The translations under genes were made by a program, and so were the position numbers. This document shows positions 9,201-19,642 of a stretch of DNA of 64,000 nucleotides, piece after piece; position 1 is the first letter of the stretch, and each line of letters opens with the position of its first letter. Below the pieces are notes generated by a model, which was given only the letters and a program-made list of their open reading frames with translations, was not told the DNA's origin and ran no database searches. Source of the DNA: an uncultured beta proteobacterium (GTDB lineage: Bacteria; Pseudomonadota; Gammaproteobacteria; Burkholderiales; Burkholderiaceae_C); NCBI GenBank assembly GCA_963740455.1, contig CAVUEF010000012.1, forward strand, positions 148,298 through 212,297, read 5' to 3'.

Positions 9201-12007
9201 TCTGCGTCGGCACGCCAGAAGACATCAAGGCGCACCCGACCTCGCACACGGGCCTGGCGCTGCGCGAGTATGCCGAGGCGCTGCATGCGCACAAGGTTGA
9301 AGAAGGTGTGCCGCTGCAATCCTTGCTGCGTCGGGTGCGTCAGCCGATCGACGAAAACATCCGCATCGTGAACGCGCGCGAACACAATCTGAAGTCGCTC
9401 GACGTGAGCATTCCGCGCGGTCGCTTCAACGTCATCACCGGCGTCAGCGGTTCGGGCAAATCGACGCTGGCCTTCGACATCCTGTTCAACGAAGGGCAGC
9501 GGCGTTATCTGGAATCGCTGAACGCCTATGCGCGCTCCATCGTCCAACCGGCGGGCCGGCCCGAGGTCGACGCGGTGTACGGCATTCCGCCGACCGTCGC
9601 GATCGAGCAGCGGCTGAGCCGCGGCGGGCGCAAGAGCACGGTCGCCACCGCCACCGAGGTCTGGCACTTTCTGCGCCTGCTGTATGTGAAGCTCGGCATC
9701 CAGCATTGCATCAAGGACGGCACGCCGGTGCGGCCGCAAAGCGTCGAGTCGATTGCCGCGCAATTGCTGCGCGACCACAAAGGCCAGCATGTCGGGCTGC
9801 TCGCGCCGCTGGTGGTGAACCGCAAGGGTCTCTACACCGACCTGGCGCGCTGGGCCAAGGCGCGCGGCCACAGCCACTTGCGCGTGGACGGCGAATTCGT
9901 TCCCGTCAACCCCTGGCCGCGACTCGACCGATTCAAGGAGCACACGCTTGAGCTACCGGTGGGCGACCTGACCGTCAGCGCCGACCATGAGACCGAGCTG
10001 CGCGAACTGCTCGCCAAGACGCTGGAGCTGGGCAAGGGCGTGATGCATCTGCTCAGCCCCCTGACCGGGCTGGGCGCGGCGCTGGCGAGCTTCGAGCCCA
10101 CCACCGGCATCGGCGATGTGAAGGTGTTCTCGACCAAGCGCGCCTGCCCGACCTGCGGCACCAGCTACGCCGAGCTCGACCCGCGCATGTTCTCGTACAA
10201 CAGCAAGCATGGCTGGTGCACCACCTGCGTGGGGACAGGTCTTGCCCTGACGCGCGAACAGCGCAAGGCGCTCGACGACACGCTCAAGGACGACGACAAC
10301 CGCGGCCGCGAGCAGAGCTTTCCGTCCGAAGAGCCCGAGGTCGAAGGCCTGGTCGATCTGCCCTGTCCGGACTGCCATGGCGCGCGCCTGAACCCGAGTG
10401 CGCTGGGCGTGAGCTTCGAGAACAAGAACATCAGCGAAGTCGCGAGCTGGTCGGTGCTGGACGCGCGCGCCTGGGTGAACGGCTTGCAACTGCTGGGCCG
10501 CGACGCCGAGATCGCGCGCGACGTGGTCAGCGAGATCAAGAGCCGGCTCAGCTTTCTCGAGGAAGTGGGCCTGGGCTACCTGACGTTGGACCGCGCCGCG
10601 CCGACGCTGAGCGGCGGCGAGGCCCAGCGCATCCGCCTGGCCGCGCAACTGGGCAGCAATCTGCAGGGCGTCTGCTATGTGCTCGACGAGCCGACCATCG
10701 GCCTTCACCCGCGCGACAACCAGATCCTGCTGGGCGCGCTGCAGACCTTGAGCGACAAGGGCAACACGCTGGTGGTGGTCGAGCACGACGAAGACACGAT
10801 ACGCCGCGCCGACCACATCATCGACATCGGCCCCGGCGCGGGCAAGCGCGGCGGCCGCCTGGTGGCCGAGGGCACGGTGGCCGACCTGGCGAATGCGCCC
10901 GACTCGGTCACCGGCCGCTTGCTGGCGCACCCGATGCGCCACCCGCAGCAGCCGCGCCGCGCCGTGAGCGAGAACGACCCGCATCTGCTCGTTGTCGACG
11001 CCACGCTGCACAACTTGCAAAAGCTCACCGTGCCGGTGCCTTTGCAACGGCTGGTCGGCGTGAGCGGCGTCAGCGGTTCGGGCAAGTCGACGCTGGCGCG
11101 CGACGTGCTGCTGAGCAATCTGCTGCAGGTGGTGGGACAGCGCCATCCGAAGCCGGTGTGGCGCGGTTGCGCCGAAGTGCTCGGTTGGGAGGCGGTCGAC
11201 CGCGTGCTCGAAGTCGACCAGACGCCGATCGGCAAGACGCCACGCTCCTGCCCGGCCACCTACATCGGCTTCTGGGACCCGATACGCAAGCTGTTTGCCG
11301 AGACGCTGGAGGCCAAGGCGCGCGGCTACGCGCCGTCGCGCTTCTCGTTCAACACCGGCCAGGGCCGCTGCCCGGGTTGCGAAGGTCAGGGCCTGAAGAC
11401 CATCGCGATGAGCTTTCTGCCCGACGTGAAAATCCTCTGCGACCAATGCCATGGCCAGCGCTTCAACCCCGAGACGCTGGCGGTGAGTTGGCGCGGACGC
11501 AGCATCGGCGACGTGCTGCGCATGGAGGTCGACGAGGCGGTCGAATTCTTCGCGCCCATGCCTGCCATCGCGCACCCGCTGCAATTGCTGAAGGACGTCG
11601 GCCTCGGTTATCTGACGCTGGGCCAGCCGTCGCCGACCTTGTCGGGCGGCGAGGCGCAACGCATCAAGCTGGTGAGCGAACTCGTCAAGGTGCGCGACGA
11701 CGTGACGCGGCGCGGGCAAAAGCCGCCGCACACGCTGTATGTGCTCGACGAGCCGACCGTGGGCCTGCACATGGCCGACGTGAGCAAGCTCATCCAGGTG
11801 CTGCACCGCCTGGTGAGCGGCGGCCACTCGGTGATCGTGATCGAGCACGATCTGGATGTGATGGCCGAATGCGACTGGGTCGTCGACTTGGGGCCCGAGG
11901 GCGGCCACGGCGGCGGGCGCATCGTCGCCGCAGGCACGCCCGAACAAGTGATGATGAGCGGCAACCACACCGGCGTGGCGCTGGCGCCGGTGCTGGCGCG
12001 CGGGTGA
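6284..12007 (+). CDS. tandem-duplicated UvrA-like excinuclease ATPase (two complete UvrA units in one 1907-aa polypeptide)
   Basis: Four Walker A loops (GPSGSGKSS, then GVSGSGKST three times). Four signature motifs (TLSGGEVQR, then TLSGGEAQR three times). Four Cys-rich zinc modules (e.g. [17 protein letters not shown]; [17 protein letters not shown]). The second unit begins near nt 9350 ([16 protein letters not shown]..). Confidence 0.9.
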   Translation: MSEGLIRIRGARQHNLKNLDLDIRTGEMTVVTGPSGSGKSSLVFDTLYAEGQRRYVETFSAYARQFLDRMDRPAVDRVDGVPPAIAIDQTNPVRTSRSTVGTMTELNDHLKLLYARAAQLFDRKTAQPVRHDTAQSIYADLVERGANSGDPRLILTFPVELPANTSAEQLEQWLSASGFTRVQAEREIDTDQGKHKLLDVVADRFRIANVDKQRAMEAIELALKRGGGRLNVYVPGADESVPPELWRYSTGLHCPDSELRYLEPQPGLFSFNSAMGACETCRGFGRVVGVDLGLVIPDAKKTLRGGAIKTIQTPAWKEIQEDLLKHAGDAGIPRDTPWSQLPQAQRDWVLNGSPHWAGKWNKQWYGVHRFFEYLESKSYKMHIRVLLSKYRSYTPCTVCGGARLKLEPLLWRVGGKEQADMVLPAAQRFMPMGADWSREQLEALPGLNLHDLMRLPIARLRLFFDADDDPQDAAGVAPPGGSRPLGAARRGLQLPSTLLDDALKLLLDEIRTRLKYLCEVGIGYLTLDRQSRTLSGGEVQRINLTTALGTSLVNTLFVLDEPSIGLHPRDMNRIVQAMHRLRDAGNTLVVVEHDPAVMLAADRLIDMGPGPGERGGAIVFDGTPEAIRHADTLTGNYLGARKHVGLGLRRMIEPSTPRLILEGVREHNVKNLTVEFPLQRLVVVTGVSGSGKSTLMQDVLYPALARHFGKPTETPGLHERLLGADWLSDAVFVDQSPIGKTARSNPASYVGAFDEIRKLFADLPLADQRGYKAGSFSFNAGAGRCPTCGGSGFEHVEMQFLSDVYLRCPDCDGKRFRAEILEVKLSRGEQDLSVAEVLDLTVSEATQFFKHDREVLVKLQPLNDVGLEYVKLGQPVPTLSGGEAQRLKLAGFLAEAASGARQPIARKGTLFLFDEPTTGLHFDDIAKLMRALRKLLAAGHSMIIIEHNLDVVRSADWIVDLGPEGGDAGGEIVCVGTPEDIKAHPTSHTGLALREYAEALHAHKVEEGVPLQSLLRRVRQPIDENIRIVNAREHNLKSLDVSIPRGRFNVITGVSGSGKSTLAFDILFNEGQRRYLESLNAYARSIVQPAGRPEVDAVYGIPPTVAIEQRLSRGGRKSTVATATEVWHFLRLLYVKLGIQHCIKDGTPVRPQSVESIAAQLLRDHKGQHVGLLAPLVVNRKGLYTDLARWAKARGHSHLRVDGEFVPVNPWPRLDRFKEHTLELPVGDLTVSADHETELRELLAKTLELGKGVMHLLSPLTGLGAALASFEPTTGIGDVKVFSTKRACPTCGTSYAELDPRMFSYNSKHGWCTTCVGTGLALTREQRKALDDTLKDDDNRGREQSFPSEEPEVEGLVDLPCPDCHGARLNPSALGVSFENKNISEVASWSVLDARAWVNGLQLLGRDAEIARDVVSEIKSRLSFLEEVGLGYLTLDRAAPTLSGGEAQRIRLAAQLGSNLQGVCYVLDEPTIGLHPRDNQILLGALQTLSDKGNTLVVVEHDEDTIRRADHIIDIGPGAGKRGGRLVAEGTVADLANAPDSVTGRLLAHPMRHPQQPRRAVSENDPHLLVVDATLHNLQKLTVPVPLQRLVGVSGVSGSGKSTLARDVLLSNLLQVVGQRHPKPVWRGCAEVLGWEAVDRVLEVDQTPIGKTPRSCPATYIGFWDPIRKLFAETLEAKARGYAPSRFSFNTGQGRCPGCEGQGLKTIAMSFLPDVKILCDQCHGQRFNPETLAVSWRGRSIGDVLRMEVDEAVEFFAPMPAIAHPLQLLKDVGLGYLTLGQPSPTLSGGEAQRIKLVSELVKVRDDVTRRGQKPPHTLYVLDEPTVGLHMADVSKLIQVLHRLVSGGHSVIVIEHDLDVMAECDWVVDLGPEGGHGGGRIVAAGTPEQVMMSGNHTGVALAPVLARG
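7691..7757 (-). repeat. REP-like element (same family as 1127-1196), copy B, embedded in-frame in the uvrA-like ORF
   Basis: The reverse complement reads GCCCGCGCCGGGCCGCCCCAAGCGGGCGA.., matching copies A and C. Internal C7/G6 palindrome, terminal CCCCAAG / CTTGGGG inverted repeat. Encodes the low-complexity stretch [22 protein letters not shown]. Confidence 0.6.
11843..12007 (+). repeat. 165-bp direct repeat, copy 1 (functional 3' end of the uvrA-like gene)
   Basis: 158 of 165 nt identical to 14507-14671. Confidence 0.9.
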
Positions 12008-12360
12008 ACGCTGCGCGGCGGGCGCCAGGGTTCAGGCGGCAAGAGAATCGAGCGGACTTGCCGCGCCGCCCGCCGCCACCTTGAGCTCCTGCGTGTCAAT
12101 CATGCGGGTGCTGGCATCGCGTGGCAGGGCAACTCCAGCACTGTGCGTATGTCGTCACTTTACCCACCTGTTGCTGGCTCCATTACGATCACAAAATGAA
12201 TCCTATATATCCTATATGCCGGTCTGTGACGAAATTCACAGAAGGCAATAAAACAGTCGATCGTATATGCGCAAGTCCCTGGTAATGAAATCCTGTTAAG
12301 CATATATTTTCCACGTCTCTAGCAAAGAATTTGGGGTGTCTTAATCAACAGGAGTTCCAC

Positions 12361-14241
12361 ATGTCTTCACGCAATTTCGGAAAGATCGCATTGGTCAGCA
12401 CAATCGCGGGCCTCTTTTTGGTCGGTTGTGGGGGTGGAAGTGGAGGTGGCAGCGTCCCACCGCCCGCGGCTTCGACGATTCTTTCCGGCACTGTTGCCGG
12501 GGGCGCAGCAGTGGTCGGCAACGTGATCGTCACTGACAGCAAGGGCGCTATCAAAACGGTAGAGATAGGAACTAACGGTCAGTATTCAATTGATGTGGTC
12601 GGCATGACCGGACCCTTCGTGCTCAAGGCTTCAGGTACGGTGGGCAACACCACGGTCACCTACTTTTCGGCAGCCACGACGGCAGATCTTGGCGGAACCG
12701 TCAACGTCACGCCTTTCACAGACCTGATCGTGTCAAACATTGCGGCGCAACTGGCTGTGAACTATTTCAGCGATCCCGCCAATGTCGCCAAGATTGGAAC
12801 CCTGATTACGCCAACCAGTTTGGCCGCAGCTGAAACGGCAATGCAGGCCAAATTGCAGCCTGTTCTTACAGCCATGAACCTTGGCACCAGCGTCGATCTG
12901 CTGCATCAGGCATTTACTGCTGATCACTCAGGTCTGGATGCAGTGCTTGATTTGGTCAAAGTGACGACGAATACGTCAACCAATATGGCGACGCTGACCA
13001 ACGCTCTGACTCAGGTCGTTATCGGCACCAACAATTCTGCCGCAGCCACGCTCGATGCCGCGCCGGTAGATAGCACCAAAATCACAGGCATCGACACCAC
13101 CACTGCGACCGACTTGCAGACGGTCGTCACCAAGCTCAATGCCTTTGCTGCCTTGTTTACGAGTGGCCTGCCGAGTATGGCGACACTGCAAAGCAGTGGC
13201 GTCTTTGATACGTCCAGCAATTTCATGATGGGGGGAAAGGCGTTTACCCAGTTTGCCACTGAACTGTCGACTGAGCAAAAAGCCATAGGCATGAAGTTCA
13301 GCAACGTGGCCATTGCACTTGACCCGTCGGGAACCTCGGGCACGTTGACAGCCACCATTTCCTCGAATGACAGTGGTTTTGGCGACGTCATTCAACTGAA
13401 GATGATCAAGGATGCAACTAAGGGCTGGTTGATCGAAGGAGATGGCCGCATTGCTGATTTCACAATCGCCGCCCGGGCGCAACTTGACCAATGGTCGCGT
13501 TTGTCTTCTGCTGGCATACCGGCGGGGTCCGGTACATCGATGTCGAACGGCATCTGGATCAATATTGACCCATTCGCCTACAACAGCAATCACGCGAGTG
13601 CAATGGCAGTGTCTGCGGTGATTACCGGCCCAGGGTTGCCTGTTGGCGGCATCAACATGGTGCAAGACTCCCAGAACACCTGGTTCGACGTGGCTGCATA
13701 CGGCAACAACAACCTGATACCGGAATGCGGTACACCAGTGAACACTCCAACTGGACCAGCGACCGCCACAGGTCAGTGTGTGAACGTGGCACAAGCACTC
13801 GACAACAGTATCTATACGGTAGTTTTGAAGGACAGCGGTGGGAACTCTCTCAACGGCGCGGGGTACCCGCTAACGCTGCCCAAACAGCCTTACAGCTACA
13901 GCGCGTTGGGCGCAGCCATGTTTCCGACCTTTACCGCCATTACCATTGGAGGTCAACCGATTACCCCGAGCACGGTGATCGCCAACTCGAATGTCGCCAT
14001 CAGCTGGACCATGCCATCAGGGGTTACAGCCAGGCATCTAAATGTCTGGGCAAATATCTCGACGGGTCAGTCATACTTCAATGTGCAGCAAAATCTTCTG
14101 AGTACCGCTACTCAAACCTTGGTCGCAATGGGAGCGCCGATGATGTCAAGCGGAACAGTTACCAATGCTGGAGTTTGGCTTGAGGGTGTCGATGCCTACG
14201 GGCGTAGATTTTCCACGTCCAAGTCGGTGCAGGCTCAGTAA
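12361..14241 (+). CDS. large secreted lipoprotein of unknown function
   Basis: ATG 12361 is preceded by AGGAG. Signal peptide plus lipobox (GLFLVGC) followed by a Gly/Ser linker. The N-terminal segment resembles a carboxypeptidase-regulatory-like beta-sandwich (ILSGTVAGGAAVVGNVIVTDSKG..). Thr/Ser/Asn-rich. GC is clearly below the flanks. Confidence 0.8.
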   Translation: MSSRNFGKIALVSTIAGLFLVGCGGGSGGGSVPPPAASTILSGTVAGGAAVVGNVIVTDSKGAIKTVEIGTNGQYSIDVVGMTGPFVLKASGTVGNTTVTYFSAATTADLGGTVNVTPFTDLIVSNIAAQLAVNYFSDPANVAKIGTLITPTSLAAAETAMQAKLQPVLTAMNLGTSVDLLHQAFTADHSGLDAVLDLVKVTTNTSTNMATLTNALTQVVIGTNNSAAATLDAAPVDSTKITGIDTTTATDLQTVVTKLNAFAALFTSGLPSMATLQSSGVFDTSSNFMMGGKAFTQFATELSTEQKAIGMKFSNVAIALDPSGTSGTLTATISSNDSGFGDVIQLKMIKDATKGWLIEGDGRIADFTIAARAQLDQWSRLSSAGIPAGSGTSMSNGIWINIDPFAYNSNHASAMAVSAVITGPGLPVGGINMVQDSQNTWFDVAAYGNNNLIPECGTPVNTPTGPATATGQCVNVAQALDNSIYTVVLKDSGGNSLNGAGYPLTLPKQPYSYSALGAAMFPTFTAITIGGQPITPSTVIANSNVAISWTMPSGVTARHLNVWANISTGQSYFNVQQNLLSTATQTLVAMGAPMMSSGTVTNAGVWLEGVDAYGRRFSTSKSVQAQ

Positions 14242-14271
14242 TACTAGGCGTGTAGCCTAGGTATTTGCCTA

Positions 14272-14313
14272 GCCCGTATTTGCCATTCTCATGGCAAATA
14301 CGGGCATTTTCTT
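14272..14313 (+). terminator. rho-independent terminator of the lipoprotein gene
   Basis: Perfect 14-bp stem GCCCGTATTTGCCA / TGGCAAATACGGGC with a 6-nt loop, followed by ATTTTCTT. Confidence 0.8.
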
Positions 14314-14506
14314 GTCGGTGGATTTGATATTTGCAAGCGGAGGCCACAAACAGGCAGTCACTCTGGACGATGCATATCCGCCGCCATGCAGCATCTGTGC
14401 GCTTGTCTGGACGCCGGTTCAGCGGCAGATAATCGCGTCCCGTCAGGCAGCGCCAATCCAGTCTGTGGCGGGCCAATGGTGAGTCTCGCTGCGGTTTGAA
14501 GGGGTT

Positions 14507-14671
14507 GAGCACGATCTGGATGTGATGGCGGAATGCGACTGGGTCGTCGACCTAGGGCCCGAGGGCGGCCATGGCGGCGGGCGCATCGTCGCCGCAGGCA
14601 CGCCCGAACAAGTGATGATGAGCGGCAGCCATACCGGCGTGGCGCTGGGGCCGGTGCTGGCGCGCGGGTGA
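14507..14671 (+). pseudogene. orphan 3'-terminal fragment of a uvrA-like gene (direct repeat copy 2)
   Basis: Encodes [54 protein letters not shown]-stop with no upstream gene body. There are 7 differences from copy 1: 5 nt in 4 synonymous codons and 2 non-synonymous. Confidence 0.85.
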
Positions 14672-14732
14672 GCGCGGCGCGACAAGAGCGGGCCACCTTT
14701 TCAAGTCCACACAACCAAGCTCGGAGGCTATC

Positions 14733-14817
14733 GTGGCAAATTCCAAACAAGTCGGCAGTCTCGTGGGCCCCGTTCTTGTCGCAATGCTCGTCTCAGAGTT
14801 CCCGCTTGTTCAGCCCC
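14733..14817 (+). pseudogene. 5' fragment of a small membrane-protein gene interrupted by the IS element
   Basis: GGAGG followed by GTG 14733. Reads MANSKQVGSLVGPVLVAMLVSEFPLVQP up to the IS end. Continues in-frame at 16734 once the IS and one TSD copy are removed. Confidence 0.7.
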
Positions 14818-16728
14818 CCCGAGTTCGACACCAAACGCTGTAAGTGGTTGATTTGTATAGAGGTGGCCTTGTCGGCTGCCACTACAGCAAGGACATCTGG
14901 GGGTTATGGATTGGTTTCTTGATGCTCAGAGCGGCCAGCACGGTGGTCTGCTGGGCGTTGATGGTGGAGATGCCCGAGAGGGGCGGCGCCTGGTTGATGC
15001 GCACGCTGTGCCGCTGAATTCGCCGCAACTGCGCCAACGCCCTCTCGGGGCTCAGCTCGCTCTTGGCCAGCTTCAAACGGTGGCGCATCACGCGGTAGAC
15101 GATCAGCGCCATGAAGCAAAGCATCGCGTGCGCGCGGATGCGTTCGGGCAGGCGGTGGTAGACGGGGGCGATGTCGATCTCGGACTTCAGCACCCTGAAG
15201 CCGCGCTCGATGTCGGCCAGCGCCTTGTAGCGCTGCACCACCTCTTGCGGCGTCAAGTCGGGCACGTTGGTCACGAGCAGCAGCTTGCCGTCCATCAGCT
15301 CGGCCTGCGCCTTGGCCGCCTCATCCACGGTATAGGTGAACAGCTCGCTCTTGAGGTCCACCTTCACAATCTTGGCCAGGTGGGCCTCGCAGACCTCGTG
15401 ATACAGACGCGCCTTGGCGCCGCTGTCAGAGAGCTTGCGGCCACGTGCGGTGACGCCGGCGTCCTGACCGTCAAGCTTGCCCGCCCACGCCTGCGCCTTG
15501 TTCTTCAGCGCCGCGATGCGCTCACTGCGCAACTGCGTCTGCTCACGAGCTCGCTCAGGGTGATGTGCCACGACCAGGCGCAGTTCGCGCCAGCGTGTCT
15601 CGTCGATGATCTCTTGCGTGGCCGCTCCAGCCTTGGCGTGAATGGCCTGCAACACGTCGGTGAACTCGCCGTAGCGCCGGCCTGGCACTGCCAGAATGAA
15701 TTCCAGCGCTTGCCCACTGGGCAGCTTGATCTTGCCCAACTCGTCCATATTGTCCAGCGACAGGAGCCCGCGGTCGGCCACTACCACCAGCCGCTTGATG
15801 TGCGCGAAGCGCGCCAGCACCTTCCTGAGCGTGGGCAGCAAGGTCGGCGACTCGGCCTGGTTGCCATCGAACACCTCGTGGTAGATCGGCAGACCCTCTG
15901 CCGTCTGCACCACGCCGAGCATGAACTGGCGTGCAATCACGCCCTCCTTGGCCATGCCGTAGCGGCGCACATCGCCACCCTGCTCACTCAGGCCCGCCGC
16001 GCGAATGGTCGTCAGGTCGTAGAACACCAACGAGAGGTCTTGATCGACCAAGGGACGCAACAGATCCGCGACCACCGCATCGACGCCGGCCTGATGGTCC
16101 ATGAGTGCATCCATGGCGCGAAGCAATTGCTGGTGCGTCAGGGCGGCCGAATCCACCTCGGGAATGCTCACCGTCTCCAGCCAGCGCAGCACGCCGAGCT
16201 TGGAGTCCGCGTCACACAGGCGGTTGAAGACCATCACCCGCAGCGCATGCTCCACAGGCGTGGTGTACCGTGCCTTGCGGAACACACCGGCCAGTCTGTC
16301 AAAGCCCAATTCGCGCCAGAGTTGATCGAGCGCCCAGACGTCACCCAAGGCAAGAGCGGATTCGAACTCGACCTGAGGAGGCGTGGCAGTGGCGGCCGGC
16401 AGGCCCTTGGCACGCAGCAAGCCGCCGAGCAAAGCATCAACGCCACCGCCGGATTCATCAAGTCGGCCAATCGTGGCGACGGTGCGCTGCCGGGGTTTGC
16501 CTTCCTCGTTGCGATAAGACTCAACGAGCTGAAGATAGCTGTGGCCGCCTGAACGAGTGAGCTTGATGAACATGCGGCAAGTGTAGCAACATGTTCAACA
16601 CTTGCCAACACGCAATACAACAGACATTGCCACTACACCAAAATTCAGGCACCAGATGCAAGTTGTTGATTTGATTGGGACCAAGCGTTCCAAATCAACG
16701 AAAAATGGGGTTTGGTGTCGAACTCGGG
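14818..16728 (-). mobile_element. IS1634-family (IS4 superfamily) insertion sequence, about 1.9 kb
   Basis: Perfect 19-bp terminal inverted repeats CCCGAGTTCGACACCAAAC (14818-14836) and GTTTGGTGTCGAACTCGGG (16710-16728). 6-bp target-site duplication AGCCCC (14812-14817 and 16729-16734). Single transposase ORF inside. Confidence 0.9.
14882..16573 (-). CDS. IS1634-family transposase
   Basis: 563 aa. The N-terminus MFIKLTRSGGHSYLQLVESYRNEEGKPRQRTVATIGRLD is the characteristic start of IS1634-type DDE transposases. Fills the IS. Confidence 0.85.
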   Translation of the reverse strand: MFIKLTRSGGHSYLQLVESYRNEEGKPRQRTVATIGRLDESGGGVDALLGGLLRAKGLPAATATPPQVEFESALALGDVWALDQLWRELGFDRLAGVFRKARYTTPVEHALRVMVFNRLCDADSKLGVLRWLETVSIPEVDSAALTHQQLLRAMDALMDHQAGVDAVVADLLRPLVDQDLSLVFYDLTTIRAAGLSEQGGDVRRYGMAKEGVIARQFMLGVVQTAEGLPIYHEVFDGNQAESPTLLPTLRKVLARFAHIKRLVVVADRGLLSLDNMDELGKIKLPSGQALEFILAVPGRRYGEFTDVLQAIHAKAGAATQEIIDETRWRELRLVVAHHPERAREQTQLRSERIAALKNKAQAWAGKLDGQDAGVTARGRKLSDSGAKARLYHEVCEAHLAKIVKVDLKSELFTYTVDEAAKAQAELMDGKLLLVTNVPDLTPQEVVQRYKALADIERGFRVLKSEIDIAPVYHRLPERIRAHAMLCFMALIVYRVMRHRLKLAKSELSPERALAQLRRIQRHSVRINQAPPLSGISTINAQQTTVLAALSIKKPIHNPQMSLL

Positions 16729-17027
16729 AGCCCCACCTTTACGACGCCCAGATTCCACCGGTCATCTATCTCTCTGGCGTCCTCATGTTTGTCGCCGGCT
16801 TGGTTGTGGTGAGAGTGCACAACACATGGGCACGCAACTGGACCGTTCTGATCACCCTGTCGGGTTGGTTTTTCCTCCTCCTGGGTCTTGTTCGCATGTT
16901 CGCGGCAAGCCAGTATCGGCAGGCAACGCAGGACGCAAGCTCGGTGATGTTCATGGTTCTCGAAGGCTGCCTCTTGGTCGTTGCCCTGACCATCACATTC
17001 AAATCGTACAGCCGGAGCACACCTTGA
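16729..17027 (+). pseudogene. 3' fragment of the IS-interrupted small membrane-protein gene
   Basis: Reads (Q)PHLYDAQIPPVIYLSGVLMFVAGLVVVRVHNTW..TITFKSYSRSTP-stop. The upstream part of track ORF 16602-17027 lies inside the IS right end. The reconstructed gene encodes about 125 aa with 3-4 TM helices. Confidence 0.7.
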
Positions 17028-17235
17028 ACCATCCGCTACGGGCACGAGAGCGGCCTCGACAAGCACTCCCGAAGTGATTGATACGTAGTGAAGGCTTCCC
17101 TTGCTTGGCGACAGCTGTCGAGCGGACGGCAAACTTCAAACGCACAACGCGCCGTCGGTTTGACGCGAGGAGTGCAACAAGAGAGGCCCGGGCTGCGCTT
17201 GACAGATCGACAGCCGGGCCCGTTGGCAGACAGCG

Positions 17236-19290
17236 CTACTTGGAGAGATCGATGGCGTACACGCCCTGGCCCTTGCCGCTGCCGTCATCAATGCTCACCA
17301 CGCTGACGTTGGTAAAGCCATCAGCCTGCGCCACCGTCAGCTTGCCACTGGCCGAGGTAAACGTCACTGGACCGGCAGTCGTCACCTTGGTGAAGCGCCA
17401 GCTACGTGCCGAGCCGTCGGCGGCCAGTGTCAGGTTCTTGCGCGCCTTGATGTAATTGATCAGCACATCGCGATTGGCATCGGGCGATGCGTAGATGGTG
17501 TTGACCGCGGTCAGCCCAAACTGGGTACCACTGGAGGCGCGGTAGTTGTTGGTCGCGATGATGAACTCGGCCGTGGTGCTGATGGGTACGCCCTTGTAGT
17601 TGAGGTTCTTGATACGGCTGCCCTTGGGCTGGGTCACGTCAATCTCATAGGTCAAGTCGAGTGACGTGAACATGTCAAAGTTGTAACCGGGGAAGCTTGA
17701 TATCAGCGCCTGCGCCGTGGTCAAGGCGGGGTCTATCTGGTTGAAGCGTTCGGCCGCCTTCTCCAGCCAGGTCTTGATACCTGCGCCATTGACTTTCACC
17801 GCATACACCGTGTTGGGGTACAGGTACAGGTCGGCGGCATTGTTGATGGCAATGGGGCCTTGCTTTACGTCGGTGAAATCGGTGCCGCCGGCAAACCCGC
17901 TCTTGAACGGCGCACTGACCGACAGCACTGGCAAGTCTTTGTACTGCGGCATGTTGGCGGCCACGTACTTGGCCACGTAGTCGGCCTGGGCGGCGTTCAC
18001 CACTTGGATGGCAGTGACATCGCCAATGTCAGCAAAGTAGGATGACAGGGGAAAATCAGACTGGCCGATAGGCGTCTTCACGTAGGCAATGGCGGCCTCA
18101 TGTTCGGTCTTCACGGTAGCGGCAATGGCGGGGTCCACTGCCACATAGGTTTTGGCCACCGCATCCAGCAAAGTCTTGCGAATACTGACGGCTGTTTTGC
18201 TTGTGTCGATGGTCCACTTGCCATTCTTCACCACCAAGCTGTAGTTGATGACCCCAATGGCCTTGCCCCAAAAGCTGGGCATCACAGCGGGCACACCGTT
18301 GAAGGTTCCCTTGACCTTGTCCACGCCGGGGGCGCCGCAGGCGGTGCTTGTGCAGGCGGCGTTCGGGAACTCGCTGTGCGAATGGCCCATCAGAATGCCG
18401 TCAATGCCAGCCACTTTGGCCAAGTGGTAGTTGGCGTTTTCCATGGTGGGGGTGTAGGTGCCGGTGTCCCAGCCGCCGTGCGATGCGGCGATGACGATGT
18501 CAGCACCTTCGGCACGGGCCATGGGCACGTACTTGGTGGCAGCTTCCACCACGCCCTGCACGTCAACCTTGCCGTCGAGCCAACGCTTGTCCCATAGCAG
18601 GAGGGGCGGAGGCGCAAAGCCAATCACAGCCACCTTGACGGTGCTTTCAATGGTGTTGCCGTCTTTGTCTTTGGCGACCACCTTCTTCTTGATGATGGTG
18701 TACGGCTTGTACAGCGGTGCACCGTCTTTCTTGCTGCTGACGTTGGCCAGCACCTGAGGGAATGACGGGCCTACACAAGTGGGTTGGCTGGCCACTGCCG
18801 CCATGCCGTCCACATTGAACTTGGTGGCCGTCACCTGCGACAAGTAGGGCAGGCCGTAGTTGAATTCATGATTACCCAGCGAACCAGCGTCAAATCCGAT
18901 CGCATCCATGGCCTTGTAGGTGGCCAACTCTTGGTTGCAAGCCAACGGGGTCACCAAGGCTTGGTAGTCAGCAAGGGCAGTGCCCTGGATGGTGTCGCCG
19001 TTGTCGATCAGCAAGTTATTGGGAAAGTCGGCACGGGCCTGCTTGATCAGCGTGGCTGTGCGCTCCAATCCCACACTCTTATCTTCTGCGAGTTTGAAGT
19101 AGTCGTAGCTGACCACATTGGCATGGAGATCGGTGGTCTCCAAAATGGTGAGCTGGGCAGTGGCCGAGTCAGGCAGGGTGCCAAGGTTATCCGCGCCGCC
19201 ACATGCGGCAAGACTGGCAGCTAAGGCTGCAACAAGTGCAACGGCCAAACCTGGCCGCGACAATGATCTAGATTGAGCGAACGGAACCAC
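17236..19290 (-). CDS. cpdB: bifunctional 2',3'-cyclic-nucleotide 2'-phosphodiesterase / 3'-nucleotidase (lipoprotein form)
   Basis: 684 aa. Lipobox LAAC. Metallophosphoesterase motifs ETTDLHANV, DNGDTIQG, GNHEFN and GHSH, plus a C-terminal 5'-nucleotidase domain. Confidence 0.85.
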   Translation of the reverse strand: MVPFAQSRSLSRPGLAVALVAALAASLAACGGADNLGTLPDSATAQLTILETTDLHANVVSYDYFKLAEDKSVGLERTATLIKQARADFPNNLLIDNGDTIQGTALADYQALVTPLACNQELATYKAMDAIGFDAGSLGNHEFNYGLPYLSQVTATKFNVDGMAAVASQPTCVGPSFPQVLANVSSKKDGAPLYKPYTIIKKKVVAKDKDGNTIESTVKVAVIGFAPPPLLLWDKRWLDGKVDVQGVVEAATKYVPMARAEGADIVIAASHGGWDTGTYTPTMENANYHLAKVAGIDGILMGHSHSEFPNAACTSTACGAPGVDKVKGTFNGVPAVMPSFWGKAIGVINYSLVVKNGKWTIDTSKTAVSIRKTLLDAVAKTYVAVDPAIAATVKTEHEAAIAYVKTPIGQSDFPLSSYFADIGDVTAIQVVNAAQADYVAKYVAANMPQYKDLPVLSVSAPFKSGFAGGTDFTDVKQGPIAINNAADLYLYPNTVYAVKVNGAGIKTWLEKAAERFNQIDPALTTAQALISSFPGYNFDMFTSLDLTYEIDVTQPKGSRIKNLNYKGVPISTTAEFIIATNNYRASSGTQFGLTAVNTIYASPDANRDVLINYIKARKNLTLAADGSARSWRFTKVTTAGPVTFTSASGKLTVAQADGFTNVSVVSIDDGSGKGQGVYAIDLSK

Positions 19291-19642
19291 AACAACTCCT
19301 GATAGTGAACGGCCAGTGCAATGTATCGGGACAATGTGACGAACAGGTGAACCTCTGCGTCGCTGCGCTGTCTTGCAGCGTTGCGTGCACGGTCCAGCCC
19401 CTGTGACACACTACAGTCCAGTAGCAAAATAGAAGTGCGGTGGGCAATGACCGAGAGGATCTTATGGTTGCGAACACGACAAGCGGTTCAATGAAGGTCA
19501 CATGCCTGAGCCGCATGTCTCATCACTCCGACGGACCCGCGCGACAAGCCGCGCCGGCCGGTGCGTTGCAAGGTCACGGCCGAGCACTCGGGCGGTCGTG
19601 CGAACTTGTGGGTAGCGTCCAGACTTTGCTGGAAGGCCGATC

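Noticed and set aside
12199-12216. Tandem 9-mer ATCCTATAT x2 in the AT-rich region upstream of the lipoprotein gene, as a possible operator.
   Set aside because: Too short and unique in the window to support a regulatory call.
17185-17221. Imperfect hairpin (GGCCCGGGCTG..CAGCCGGGCC) downstream of cpdB as a terminator.
   Set aside because: The stem is bulged and the U-tract is weak, so it is not called as a feature.
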